Assembly (NCBI GenBank): GCA_051313645.2
Contig: JBNRSN020000011.1
Location: forward strand, 930,001 to 994,000
Direction of reading: 5' to 3'
DNA from: Centroscyllium fabricii
Taxonomy: Eukaryota
Length of the DNA: 64,000 nucleotides
A model generated the notes under the pieces. That model worked only from the letters and a program-made list of their open reading frames with translations, was not told the origin of the DNA and made no database searches. The position numbers and the translations under genes were made by a program. Below are positions 41,401 to 52,967 of the stretch, piece by piece. Position 1 is the stretch's first letter; every line of letters begins with the position of its first letter.

Positions 41401-44400
41401 ATAAATCCCCTACCCTGGCACTGGGGATAAATCCCCAACCCTGGCATTGGGAGATAGATCCTCTCCCTGGCACTGGGAGATCAATCCCCTCCCATTACAC
41501 TGGGAGATAAATCCCCTACCCCGGCACTGGACAATCAATCGCCTACCCTGGCACTGTGCGATCAATCGCCTACCCTGGCACTGGGAGATCAATCCCCTAC
41601 CCTGGCACTGGGAGATCAATACCCTACCATGGCACTGGGCGATCAATCCCCTACCATGGCACTGGGAGATCAATCCCCTACCCTGGCACTGGGCGATCAA
41701 TCCCCTACCCTGGCACTGGGCGATCAATCCCCTAACCTGGCACTGGGCGATCATTCCCCTACCCTGGCACTGGGAGATAAATTCCCTACCCTGGCACTGG
41801 GAGATCAATACCCTACCATGGCACTGGGCGATCAATCCCCTACCATGGCACTGGGCGATCAATCCCCTACCCTGGCACTGGACAATCAATCGCCTACCCT
41901 GGCACTGTGCGATCAATCGCCTCCCCTGGCACTGGGAGATCAATCCCCTACCCTGGCACTGGGCGATCAATCCCCTACCCTGGCACTGGGCGATCAATCC
42001 CCTACCCTGGCACTGGGCGATCAATCCCCTACCCTGGCACTGGGCGATCAATCCCCTACCCTGGCACTGGGAGATCAATCGCCTATTCTGGCACTGGGCG
42101 ATCAATCCCCTACCCTGGCCCTGGAGATAAATCTCCTAACCTGGCACTCGGCGATCAATCCCCTACCCTGGCACTGGGAGATCAATCCCCTACCCTGGCA
42201 CTGGGAGATCAATCCCCTACCCTGGCACTGGGAGATCAATCCCCTACCCTGACACTGGGCGATAAATCCCCTACCCTGGCACTGGGAGATAAATCCCCGA
42301 CCCTGTCACTGGGAGATAAATCTCCTACCCTGTACCTGAGAGATAATTGGCCTGCACTGGGAGATAAATCCCCTACCCTGGCACTGGGAGATAATTCCCC
42401 TCGCCTGGCACTGGGAGAGCAACCCCTGCCCTGACACTGGGCGGTCAACCCCCTACCCTGGCACTGGGCGATCAATACCCTACCCTGGCACTGGAAGATT
42501 AATCCCCTACCTGGCACTGGAAGATTAATCCCCTACCTGGCACTGGGAGATAAATCCCCTACCCTGGCACTGGGGATAAATCCCCTACCCTGGCACTGGG
42601 GATAAATCCCCTACCCTGGCACTGGGGATAAATCCCCTACCCTGGCACTGGGGATAAATCCCCGACCCTGGCACTGGGAGATAGATCCTCTCCCTGGCAC
42701 TGGGAGCTCAATCCCCTCCCATTACACTGGGAGATAAATCCACTACCCCGGCACTGGGCGATCAATCCCCTACCCCGGCGCTGGGCGATCAATCCCCTAC
42801 CCTGGCACTGGGCGATCAATCCCCTACCCTGGCACTGGGCGATCAATCCCCTACCCTGGCACTGGGAGATCAATCCCCTACCCTGGCACTGGGCGATCAA
42901 TCCCCTATCCTGGAGCTGGAAGATCAATCCCCTCCCATGACACCGGGAGATAAATCCCCATCCCTGTCACTGGGAGATAATTCCCCTACCCTGGCACTGG
43001 GAGATAAATCCCCATCTCTAGAACTGGGGGATAAATCCCCTACTCTGGCACTGGGGATATATCTCCTACCCTGTACCTGGTAGATAATTGGTCTACCCTG
43101 GCACTGGGCGATCAATCTCCTACCCTGGCACTGGGAAATAAATCTCCTACCCTGTACCTGAGAGATAATTGGCCTACCCTGGCACTGGGAGATAAATCCC
43201 CTACCCTGGCACTGGGGATAAATCCCCTACCCTGGCATTGGGAGATAGATCCTCTCCCTGGCACTGGGAGATCAATCCCCTCCCATTACACTGGGAGATA
43301 AATCCCCTACCCCGGCACTGGGCGATCAGTCCCCTACCCTGGCGCTGGGCGATCAATCCCCTACCCTGGCACTGGGCGATCAATCCCCTACCCTGGCACT
43401 GGGCGATCAATCACCTACCCTGGCACTGGGAGATAAATCCCCTACCTTGGCACTGGGCGATCAATCCCCTACCCTGGCACTGGGTGATCAATCCCCTACC
43501 CTGGCACTGGGAGATAAATCCCCATCTCTAGAACTGGGGGATAAATCCCCTACTCTGGCACTGGGGATATATCTCCTACCCTGTACCTGGTAGATAATTG
43601 GCCTACCCTGGCACTGGGCGATCAATCCCCTACCCTGGCACTGGGAGATAAATCCCCTACCCTGTCACTGGGAGATAAATCCCCTACCCCGGCACTGGGA
43701 GATAAATCCCCATTCCTAGCACTGGGGGATAAATTCCCTACCATGGCACTGGGAAATAAATCTCCTACCCTGTACATGGGAGATAATTGGCCTACCCTGG
43801 CACTGGGAGATAAATCCCCTACCCTGGCACTGGGGATAAATCCCCTACCCTGGCATTGGGAGATAGATCCTCTCCCTGGCACTTGGAGATCAATCCCCTC
43901 CCATTACACTGGGAGATAAATCCCCTACCCCGGCACTGGACAATCAATCGCCTACCCTGGCACTGTGCGATCAATCGCCTACCCTGGCACTGGGAGATCA
44001 ATCCCCTACCCTGGCACTGGGAGATCAATACCCTACCATGGCACTGGGCGATCAATCCCCTACCATGGCACTGGGAGATCAATCCCCTACCCTGGCACTG
44101 GGCGATCAATCCCCTACCCTGGCACTGGGCGATCAATCCCCTAACCTGGCACTGGGCGATCATTCCCCTACCCTGGCACTGGGAGATAAATTCCCTACCC
44201 TGGCACTGGGAGATCAATACCCTACCATGGCACTGGGCGATCAATCCCCTACCATGGCACTGGGCGATCAATCCCCTACCCTGGCACTGGACAATCAATC
44301 GCCTACCCTGGCACTGTGCGATCAATCGCCTCCCCTGGCACTGGGAGATCAATCCCCTACCCTGGCACTGGGCGATCAATCCCCTACCCTGGCACTGGGC

Positions 44401-47400
44401 GATCAATCCCCTACCCTGGCACTGGGCGATCAATCCCCTACCCTGGCACTGGGCGATCAATCCCCTACCCTGGCACTGGGAGATCAATCGCCTATTCTGG
44501 CACTGGGCGATCAATCCCCTACCCTGGCCCTGGAGATAAATCTCCTAACCTGGCACTCGGCGATCAATCCCCTACCCTGGCACTGGGAGATCAATCCCCT
44601 ACCCTGGCACTGGGAGATCAATCCCCTACCCTGGCACTGGGAGATCAATCCCCTACCCTGACACTGGGCGATAAATCCCCTACCCTGGCACTGGGAGATA
44701 AATCCCCGACCCTGTCACTGGGAGATAAATCTCCTACCCTGTACCTGAGAGATAATTGGCCTGCACTGGGAGATAAATCCCCTACCCTGGCACTGGGAGA
44801 TAATTCCCCTCGCCTGGCACTGGGAGAGCAACCCCTGCCCTGACACTGGGCGGTCAACCCCCTACCCTGGCACTGGGCGATCAATACCCTACCCTGGCAC
44901 TGGAAGATTAATCCCCTACCTGGCACTGGAAGATTAATCCCCTACCTGGCACTGGGAGATAAATCCCCTACCCTGGCACTGGGGATAAATCCCCTACCCT
45001 GGCACTGGGGATAAATCCCCTACCCTGGCACTGGGGATAAATCCCCTACCCTGGCACTGGGGATAAATCCCCGACCCTGGCACTGGGAGATAGATCCTCT
45101 CCCTGGCACTGGGAGCTCAATCCCCTCCCATTACACTGGGAGATAAATCCACTACCCCGGCACTGGGCGATCAATCCCCTACCCCGGCGCTGGGCGATCA
45201 ATCCCCTACCCTGGCACTGGGCGATCAATCCCCTACCCTGGCACTGGGCGATCAATCCCCTACCCTGGCACTGGGAGATCAATCCCCTACCCTGGCACTG
45301 GGCGATCAATCCCCTATCCTGGAGCTGGAAGATCAATCCCCTCCCATGACACCGGGAGATAAATCCCCATCCCTGTCACTGGGAGATAATTCCCCTACCC
45401 TGGCACTGGGAGATAAATCCCCATCTCTAGAACTGGGGGATAAATCCCCTACTCTGGCACTGGGGATATATCTCCTACCCTGTACCTGGTAGATAATTGG
45501 TCTACCCTGGCACTGGGCGATCAATCTCCTACCCTGGCACTGGGAAATAAATCTCCTACCCTGTACCTGAGAGATAATTGGCCTACCCTGGCACTGGGAG
45601 ATAAATCCCCTACCCTGGCACTGGGGATAAATCCCCTACCCTGGCATTGGGAGATAGATCCTCTCCCTGGCACTGGGAGATCAATCCCCTCCCATTACAC
45701 TGGGAGATAAATCCCCTACCCCGGCACTGGGCGATCAGTCCCCTACCCTGGCGCTGGGCGATCAATCCCCTACCCTGGCACTGGGCGATCAATCCCCTAC
45801 CCTGGCACTGGGCGATCAATCACCTACCCTGGCACTGGGAGATAAATCCCCTACCTTGGCACTGGGCGATCAATCCCCTACCCTGGCACTGGGTGATCAA
45901 TCCCCTACCCTGGCACTGGGCAATCAAATCGCCTACCCTGGCACTGTGCGATCAATCCCCTACCCTGGCACTGGGAGATCAGTCCCCTACCCTGGCACTG
46001 GGTGATCAATCCCCTACCCTGGCACTGGGCGATCAATCCCCTACCCTGGCACTGGGCGATCAATCACCTAACCTGGCACTGGGCGATCAATCCCCTACCC
46101 TGGCACTGGCAGATAAATTCCCTACCCTGGCACTGGGAGATCAATCCCCTACCCTGGCGCTGGGCGATCAATCACCTACCCTGGCACTGGGCGATCAATC
46201 ACCTACCCTGGCACTGGGAGATCAATCCCCTACCTTGGCACTGGGCGATCAATCCCCTACCCTGACACTAGGTGATCAATCCCCTACCCTGGCACTGGGC
46301 GATCAATCCCCTACCCTGGCACGGGGCGATCAATCACCTAACCTGGCACTGGGCGATCAATCCCCTACCCTGGCACTGGGAGATAAATTCCCTACCCTGG
46401 CACTGGGAGATCAATCCCCTACCATGGCACTGGGCGATCAATCCCCTACCCTGGCACTGGGAGATCAATCGCCTATTCTGGCACTGGGCGATCAATCGCC
46501 TACCCTGGCCCTGGAGATAAATCACCATACCTGGCACTAGGTGATCAATCCCCTACCCTACCCTGGCACTGGGAGATCAATCCCCTACCCTGGCACTGGG
46601 CGATCAATCCCCTACCCTGGCACTGGGCGATCAATCCCCTACCCTGGCAATGGGAGATCAATCCCCTACCATGGCACTGAGCGATCAATCTCCTACCCTG
46701 GCACTGGGAGATCAATCGCCTACCCTGGCACTGGGCGATCAATCCCCTACCCTGGCACTTGGCAATCAATCCCCTACCCTGGCACTGGGCGATCCACCCC
46801 TACCCTGGCACTGGGAGATCAATCCCCTACCCTGGCACTGGGAGATCAATCCCCTACCCTGGCACTGGGAGATCAATCCCCATACCTGGCGCTGGGCGAT
46901 CAATCCCCTACCCTGGCACTGGGCGATCAATCCCCTACCCTGGCACTGGGCGATCAATCACCTACCCTGGCACTGGGAGATAAATCCCCTACCTTGGCAC
47001 TGGGCGATCAATCCCCTACCCTGGCACTGGGTGATCAATCCCCTACCCTGGCACTGGGCAATCAAATCGCCTACCCTGGCACTGTGCGATCAATCCCCTA
47101 CCCTGGCACTGGGAGATCAGTCCCCTACCCTGGCACTGGGTGATCAATCCCCTACCCTGGCACTGGGCGATCAATCCCCTACCCTGGCACTGGGCGATCA
47201 ATCACCTAACCTGGCACTGGGCGATCAATCCCCTACCCTGGCACTGGCAGATAAATTCCCTACCCTGGCACTGGGAGATCAATCCCCTACCCTGGCGCTG
47301 GGCGATCAATCACCTACCCTGGCACTGGGCGATCAATCCCCTACCCTGGCACTGGGCGATCAATCACCTACCCTGGCACTGGGAGATCAATCCCCTACCT

Positions 47401-48701
47401 TGGCACTGGGCGATCAATCCCCTACCCTGACACTAGGTGATCAATCCCCTACCCTGGCACTGGGCGATCAATCCCCTACCCTGGCACGGGGCGATCAATC
47501 ACCTAACCTGGCACTGGGCGATCAATCCCCTACCCTGGCACTGGGAGATAAATTCCCTACCCTGGCACTGGGAGATCAATCCCCTACCATGGCACTGGGC
47601 GATCAATCCCCTACCCTGGCACTGGGAGATCAATCGCCTATTCTGGCACTGGGCGATCAATCGCCTACCCTGGCCCTGGAGATAAATCACCATACCTGGC
47701 ACTAGGTGATCAATCCCCTACCCTGGCACTGGGAGATCAATCCCCTACCCTGGCACTGGGCGATCAATCCCCTACCCTGGCACTGGGCGATCAATCCCCT
47801 ACCATGGCACTGAGCGATCAATCTCCTACCCTGGCACTGGGAGATCAATCGCCTACCCTGGCACTGGGCGATCAATCCCCTACCCTGGCACTTGGCAATC
47901 AATCCCCTACCCTGGCACTGGGCGATCCACCCCTACCCTGGCACTGGGAGATCAATCCCCTACCCTGGCACTGGGAGATCAATCCCCTACCCTGGCACTG
48001 GGAGATCAATCCCCATACCTGGCACTGGGAGATAAATCTCCATACCTGGCACTAGGCGATCAATCCCCTACCCTGGCACTGGGAGATCAATCCCCTACCC
48101 TGGCACTGTGAGATCAATCACCTAACCTGGCACTGCGAGATAAATTCCCCACCCTGGCACTGGTAGATCAATCGCCTACCCTGGCACTGGGCGATCAATC
48201 CCCTACCCTGGCACTGGGAGATAAATTCCCTACGCTGGCACTGGGCGATTAATCCCCTACCCTGGCACTGAGAGAGAAATCCCCTCCCCTAGCACTGGGA
48301 GATAAATCCTCTCCATTGGCACTGGGGGATACATCCTCTCGCCTGACACTGGGCGATCAATCCCCTACCCTGGCACGGGGCGATCAATCACCTAACCTGG
48401 CACTGGGCGATCAATCCCCTACCCTGGCACTGGGAGATAAATTCCCTACCCTGGCACTGGGCGATTAATCCCCTACCCTGGCACTGAGAGAGAAATCCCC
48501 TCCCCTAGCACTGGGAGATAAATCCTCTCCCTTGGCACTGGGGGATAAATCCTCTCGCCTGACACTGGGAGATCAATCACCAACCCTGTACTGGGCAATA
48601 AATCCCCTACCCTGGCACTGGGAGATAATTCCCCTACCCTGTCACTGGGAGATAATTCCCCATCTCTAGCACTGGGGGATAAATCCCCTACTCTGGCATT
48701 G

Positions 48702-49746
48702 AGGAAGCAGAGGGTAGTGGTAGAAGGCCAATACTCGAGCTGGAGACCGGTCACCAGCGGGGTACCACAGGGGTCGGTGTTGGGGCCACTACTGTTTGTA
48801 ATCTTCATCAATGACTTGGAGGAGGGGGCTGAGGGGTGGGTCAGCAAATTTGCAGATGACACAAAGATTGGGGGAGTAGTGGATGAGGAGGAAGGGAGTA
48901 GAACGATTCAGAGGGATATAGACAGGATGCAGAGCTGGGCTGAAGAATGGCAAATGGAGTTCAACACGGGGAAATGCGAGGTGATGCACTTCGGTAGGGC
49001 AAATAGGAAGAGGGAATATAGGGTCAACGGCAGGGTCCTGAGTGAAGCAGAGGAGCAAAGGGATCTGGGAGTATATGTACACAGATCACTGAAGGCTGCC
49101 ACCCAGGTGGACAAAGCAGTAAAAAAGGCCTATGGTGTATTGGCCTTCATCAACAGGGGAATAGAGTTTAAGAACCGGGAGGTCATGCTGCAGTTGTACA
49201 GGTCACTGGTGAGACCACACGTGGAGTACTGTGTGCAGTTCTGGGCACCGTACTACAGGAGGGATGTGGAGGCACTGGAAAGAGTGCAGAGGAGATTCAC
49301 CAGGATGCTGCCGGGAATGGGGGGAAAGTCATATGAGGAACGGTTAAGGGAACTGGGACTCTTCTCCCTGGAACGAAGAAGGAGGAGGGGGGACCTGATA
49401 GAGATGTATAAAATGATGAAGGGGATCGACAGAGTAAATGTGCAAAGACTGTTTCCCCGGGCGGGAAGAACGACAACAAGAGGACACGAGCACAAGATTC
49501 AAGGAGGAAGATTCAGACGGGATGGCAGGGGCAAGTTCTTCACACAAAGAGTGGTCGGGGAATGGAATAGGCTACCATCTGAAATAGTGGATGCGGACAG
49601 TCTGGGTGCTTTTAAAAGGATGATAGACAGGTACATGGAAGGGAAGGAACAGTAGGGGGGACAGGAAAAATCAGACGGAATAAGGGCGGCACTACATTGA
49701 GGGCCCAAGGGCCTGTACAGTGCTGTATGTTCTATGTTCTATGTTC
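48702..49746 (+). mobile_element. Young 5'-truncated CR1 LINE (~1.05 kb) with uninterrupted RT C-terminal ORF
   Basis: Open frame to stop at 49655 with VPQGSVLGPLLF, KFADDT and YCVQFWAP. (TATGTTC)n tail. No TSD. Confidence 0.96.
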
Positions 49747-51496
49747 TATATCTCCTACCCTGTACCTGGGAGTTAATTGGCCTACCCTGGAACTGGGCGA
49801 TCAATCCCCTACCCTGACACTGGGCGATAAATCCCTTACCCTGGCACTGGGAGCTAAATCCCCTACCCTGTCACTGGGAGATAAATCCCCTACCCCGGCA
49901 CTGGGAGATAAATCCCCATCCCTAGCACTGGGGGATAAATTCCCTACCATGGCACTGGGGATATGTCACCTACTCTGGCACTGGGAGATAAATCCCCTGC
50001 CCTGACACTGGGAAATAAATCTCCTACCCTGTACCTGGGAGATAATTGGCCTACCCTGGCACTGGGAGATAAATCCCCAATTTGGCACTGGGATATAATT
50101 CCCCTCGCTTGGCACTGGGAGAGCAACCCCCTACCCTGGCACTGGGCGGTCAACCCCCTACCCTGGCACTGGGCGGTCAACCCCCTACCCTGGCACTGGG
50201 CGATCAATCCCCTACCCTGGCACTGGACGATTAATCCCCTACCCTGGCACTTGCCGATCAATCCCCTACCCTGGCACTGGGAGATCAATCCCCTACCCTG
50301 GCACTGGCAGATAAATTCCCTACCCTGGCACTGGGAGATCAATCCCCTACCATGGCACTGGGAGATCAATCCCCTACCCTGGCACTGGGCGCTAAATTCC
50401 CTACCCTATCACTGGGCGATAAATCCCCTACCCTGGCACTGGGCGATTAATCCCCTACCCTGGCACTGGGAGATAAATCCCCTACCCTGGCACTGGGAGA
50501 TAAATCCCCATCCCTAGCACTGGGAGATCAATCCCCAAACCTGGCACTGGGAGATAAATCCCCATACCTGGCTCTAGGGGATAAATCCTCTCCCCTGACA
50601 CTGGGGGATAAATCCTCTCCCCTGGCACTGGGCGATAAATCTCCTACCCTGGCACTGGGAGATAAATCCCCTACTCTGGCACTGGGGTTAAATCCCCTAC
50701 CCTGGCACTGGGAGACAAATTCCTCACCCTGGCACTGGGTGATCAGTCCCCTACCCTGGCACTGGGCGATCAATCCCCTACCCTGGCACTGGTAGATAAA
50801 TCCCCTACCCTGGCACTGGGCGATCAATCCCCTACCCTGGCACTGGAAGATCAATTCCCCACCCTGGCACTGGGCGATCGATCCCCTACCCTGGCACTGG
50901 CAGATCTATTCCCTACCCTGGCACTGGCAGATCTATCCCCTACCCTGGCACTGGGCGATCAATCCCCTACCCTGGCACTGGGAGATCAATCCCCTACCCT
51001 TGCACTGGTAGATAAATTCCCTACCCTGGCACTGGGCGATCGATACCCTACCCTGGCACTGGGAGATCAATCCCCTACCCTGGCACTGGGTGATCAATCC
51101 CCTACCCTGGCACTGGGAGATCAATCCCCTATCCTGGCATTGAACCATAAATCATCTATCCTGGCACTGCACAATGATTCTGATTCACTCAGTTGGTAAG
51201 ATGTTTACAGATTTCATGAAAAGGTCCATTAAATAGATTCCATTATGAGAGCAGAAAGCTGTAGCACGTTGGACCCTTTAGGGAAGTCACAGTGGGACTG
51301 AGGAATGAGTCCGATAGCTGTTTAATGTTTGCTAATTGGCTTTGTTTGAATTGACTTTTCTTGATTTCCATAGTGACAATTCAAGTATGAAATCAAGATA
51401 TTATAGCTTGCCATTATCACCATTGCGTTCAGGTGGCATCTATATTTGTCAATTGGGTCCCAAACGTACTGTTACTCACTCGCTTCCTTCCTTTCA

Positions 51497-51597
51497 TGGG
51501 AACACCAGCACCTGCAAGTTCCACTCCAAATCAAGAAGGCTCACCACCACCTTCTCCAGGGCAATTAGGGATGGGCAATAAATGAATAAAAGAAAAA
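51497..51597 (+). mobile_element. Internally deleted 3' end of CR1/L2-group LINE
   Basis: GGGAACACCAGCACCTGCAAGTTCC...GCTCACCACCACCTTCTCCAGGGCAATTAGGGATGGGCAATAAATGAATAAAA. Confidence 0.7.
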
Positions 51598-51611
51598 CAC
51601 TTGGTACCCAC

Positions 51612-51905
51612 AATTCACAATTCACAATTCAAAAGGCTTTATTGGCATGAATGGTATCAACCGTTGTTGCCAAAGCAGTGCAACATACATAAGAATATTA
51701 CATTAGTAGAGCATTGTAACATACATAAGAATAATACATTAGTAGACGTACTACATAGAATAATACATTAGTAGACTTATTGACAACCGTACATTAGTTA
51801 CGCACACATGTACATTTATACCCGCATATAGAGCTTGTATGCTCATCCTAGCTTCAATGTCAATGGTCACTGGTTGTCCCTCTGCTTATGGCAAGCTGTG
51901 ACGTA
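51612..51905 (-). mobile_element. 5'-truncated non-LTR retrotransposon 3' end (RTE-X-like), TSD GTACCCAC
   Basis: Minus strand shows ORF end YVTACHKQRDNQ*, UTR TGCTTTGGCAAC...CATGCCAATAAAGCC and a (GAATTGT)n tail. GTACCCAC at 51604-51611 and 51906-51913. Clade assignment is from memory. Confidence 0.65.
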
Positions 51906-52062
51906 GTACCCACTCACTCGCCTAATCACTTGCGCTTGTTAGACTAGGTATAAAGCTCTTGAAGCCTCAGCCCTTACTCGTGAGGAGGATGAATGGTTCA
52001 CAAGCAATGATATTAAGGCTGTGGTGGGTTTGAGGTTAAATTAATTGTGGAGCTGAAATTTT

Positions 52063-52789
52063 GGGCAGAAATTTGCGGTTGGAGGCTCCCGACCCAAAAA
52101 CAACAGAGCCTACCTGCTGACACCTGGGCTTCGGTGTCTTTGGGTCCTGGCCCTGCGTGACGGCTCAGGGACACAGGCGGTTTGGAAGTGTCCCTGGGAT
52201 CACGTGGGCCAGGCCAACAACTTTGAAAGAGGGATTCCTCATAAGCTATTGGGGATTCCATTTACGAATGGAATTTCCATAAGCTTATGAGAAATCCCCA
52301 AATAAATAACTCTATTAAATCTAAATATTCTCCTGTTCAAAATTAATTAAAAGTCCCTTTGATTAAGCATTTAAAATTAAAATGTTAAGCATTTTAATCC
52401 GGGCCAAAATTTACATAAACTAATTTGAAATGTTTTTGTACGTTTTAATCATTTAAAACATTTTAATTTAACATTTATTTTGACCCATACGCTGGTAAAA
52501 GCAGGCCCAACTCCAGCTTTTACCAGGTGTTAGGGTTTCGGGACATTTGCTGGGCCGTAGATAGCCCCACTCTGCGCCAGTGAAAGTGTTTTTGTGGCGC
52601 ATGCGGACGATCTGTCCGGGCAAACCTTGACATCACAAGTTCCGGGTTTTCGTGCATGTGCAGCACATGTGGAAACCTGGAACTTACGGGGCCGTTCTGA
52701 GGGCTTACGATGGTGTACGCTGTTGCTAGTGAATCTGCTTCCACCACACTAGTGGTTTGAGCCATCATTAGCCCCGCAAAATCCGGGCC
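52063..52789. mobile_element. Putative non-autonomous DNA element with imperfect terminal inverted repeats
   Basis: Left end GGGCAGAAATTTGCGG versus right-end reverse complement GGCCCGGATTTTGCGG. GC-rich arms around an AT-rich core; no coding capacity. Confidence 0.45.
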
Positions 52790-52967
52790 TTTGTTGTTGT
52801 GTGTGATCTAACCTAGACAATGTGAACAGGGACAAATACTGAAACATAACAGCCCTGCTCTGTAAAAGGCTATTTTCCAGCTGAGTGAAATACAGCATGG
52901 TGTATTCAGTTTCAGAGTATTATGGAAGTTTTAAGTCATTGGAGATTTCCTACATAAACTGCCAACT

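Larger units (their letters stand above)
2692..51169. repeat. ~48.5-kb intronic tandem array of a 27-bp monomer (consensus CCTGGCACTGGGAGATCAATCCCCTAC; ~1,700 copies) with higher-order repeats
   Basis: Continuous 27-bp periodicity (occasionally 26 bp), all head-to-tail, interrupted only by three CR1 inserts. Copy number estimated as length/27. Confidence 0.99.

Noticed and set aside
2906-50517. Long ORFs of LALGDQSPT, WHWEINPLP, ISQCQGRGL or ARVGDLSPS repeats as a repetitive protein or giant exon
   Set aside because: A 27-bp unit is naturally stop-free in several frames on both strands, and 26-bp units shift frame freely. Read-through from the exon stops at 2627. The AG sites at 2676 and 2682 lead to TGA at 2692 in phase 0.
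2692-51169. CRISPR array (palindromic ~27-bp repeat containing GGGGATAAA)
   Set aside because: No unique spacers, no cas genes, and a vertebrate context.
2692-51169. G-quadruplex or GATA-site array function
   Set aside because: The minus strand has GGGTAGGGG per unit but alternate loops are ~18 nt. AGATAA occurs only in some variants. Nothing beyond composition supports a function.
51336-51581. Acceptor-like TTTTCTTGATTTCCATAG and 81-aa ORF
   Set aside because: Phase-0 splicing gives an immediate TGA, there is no recognisable homology, and the ORF runs into a LINE tail.
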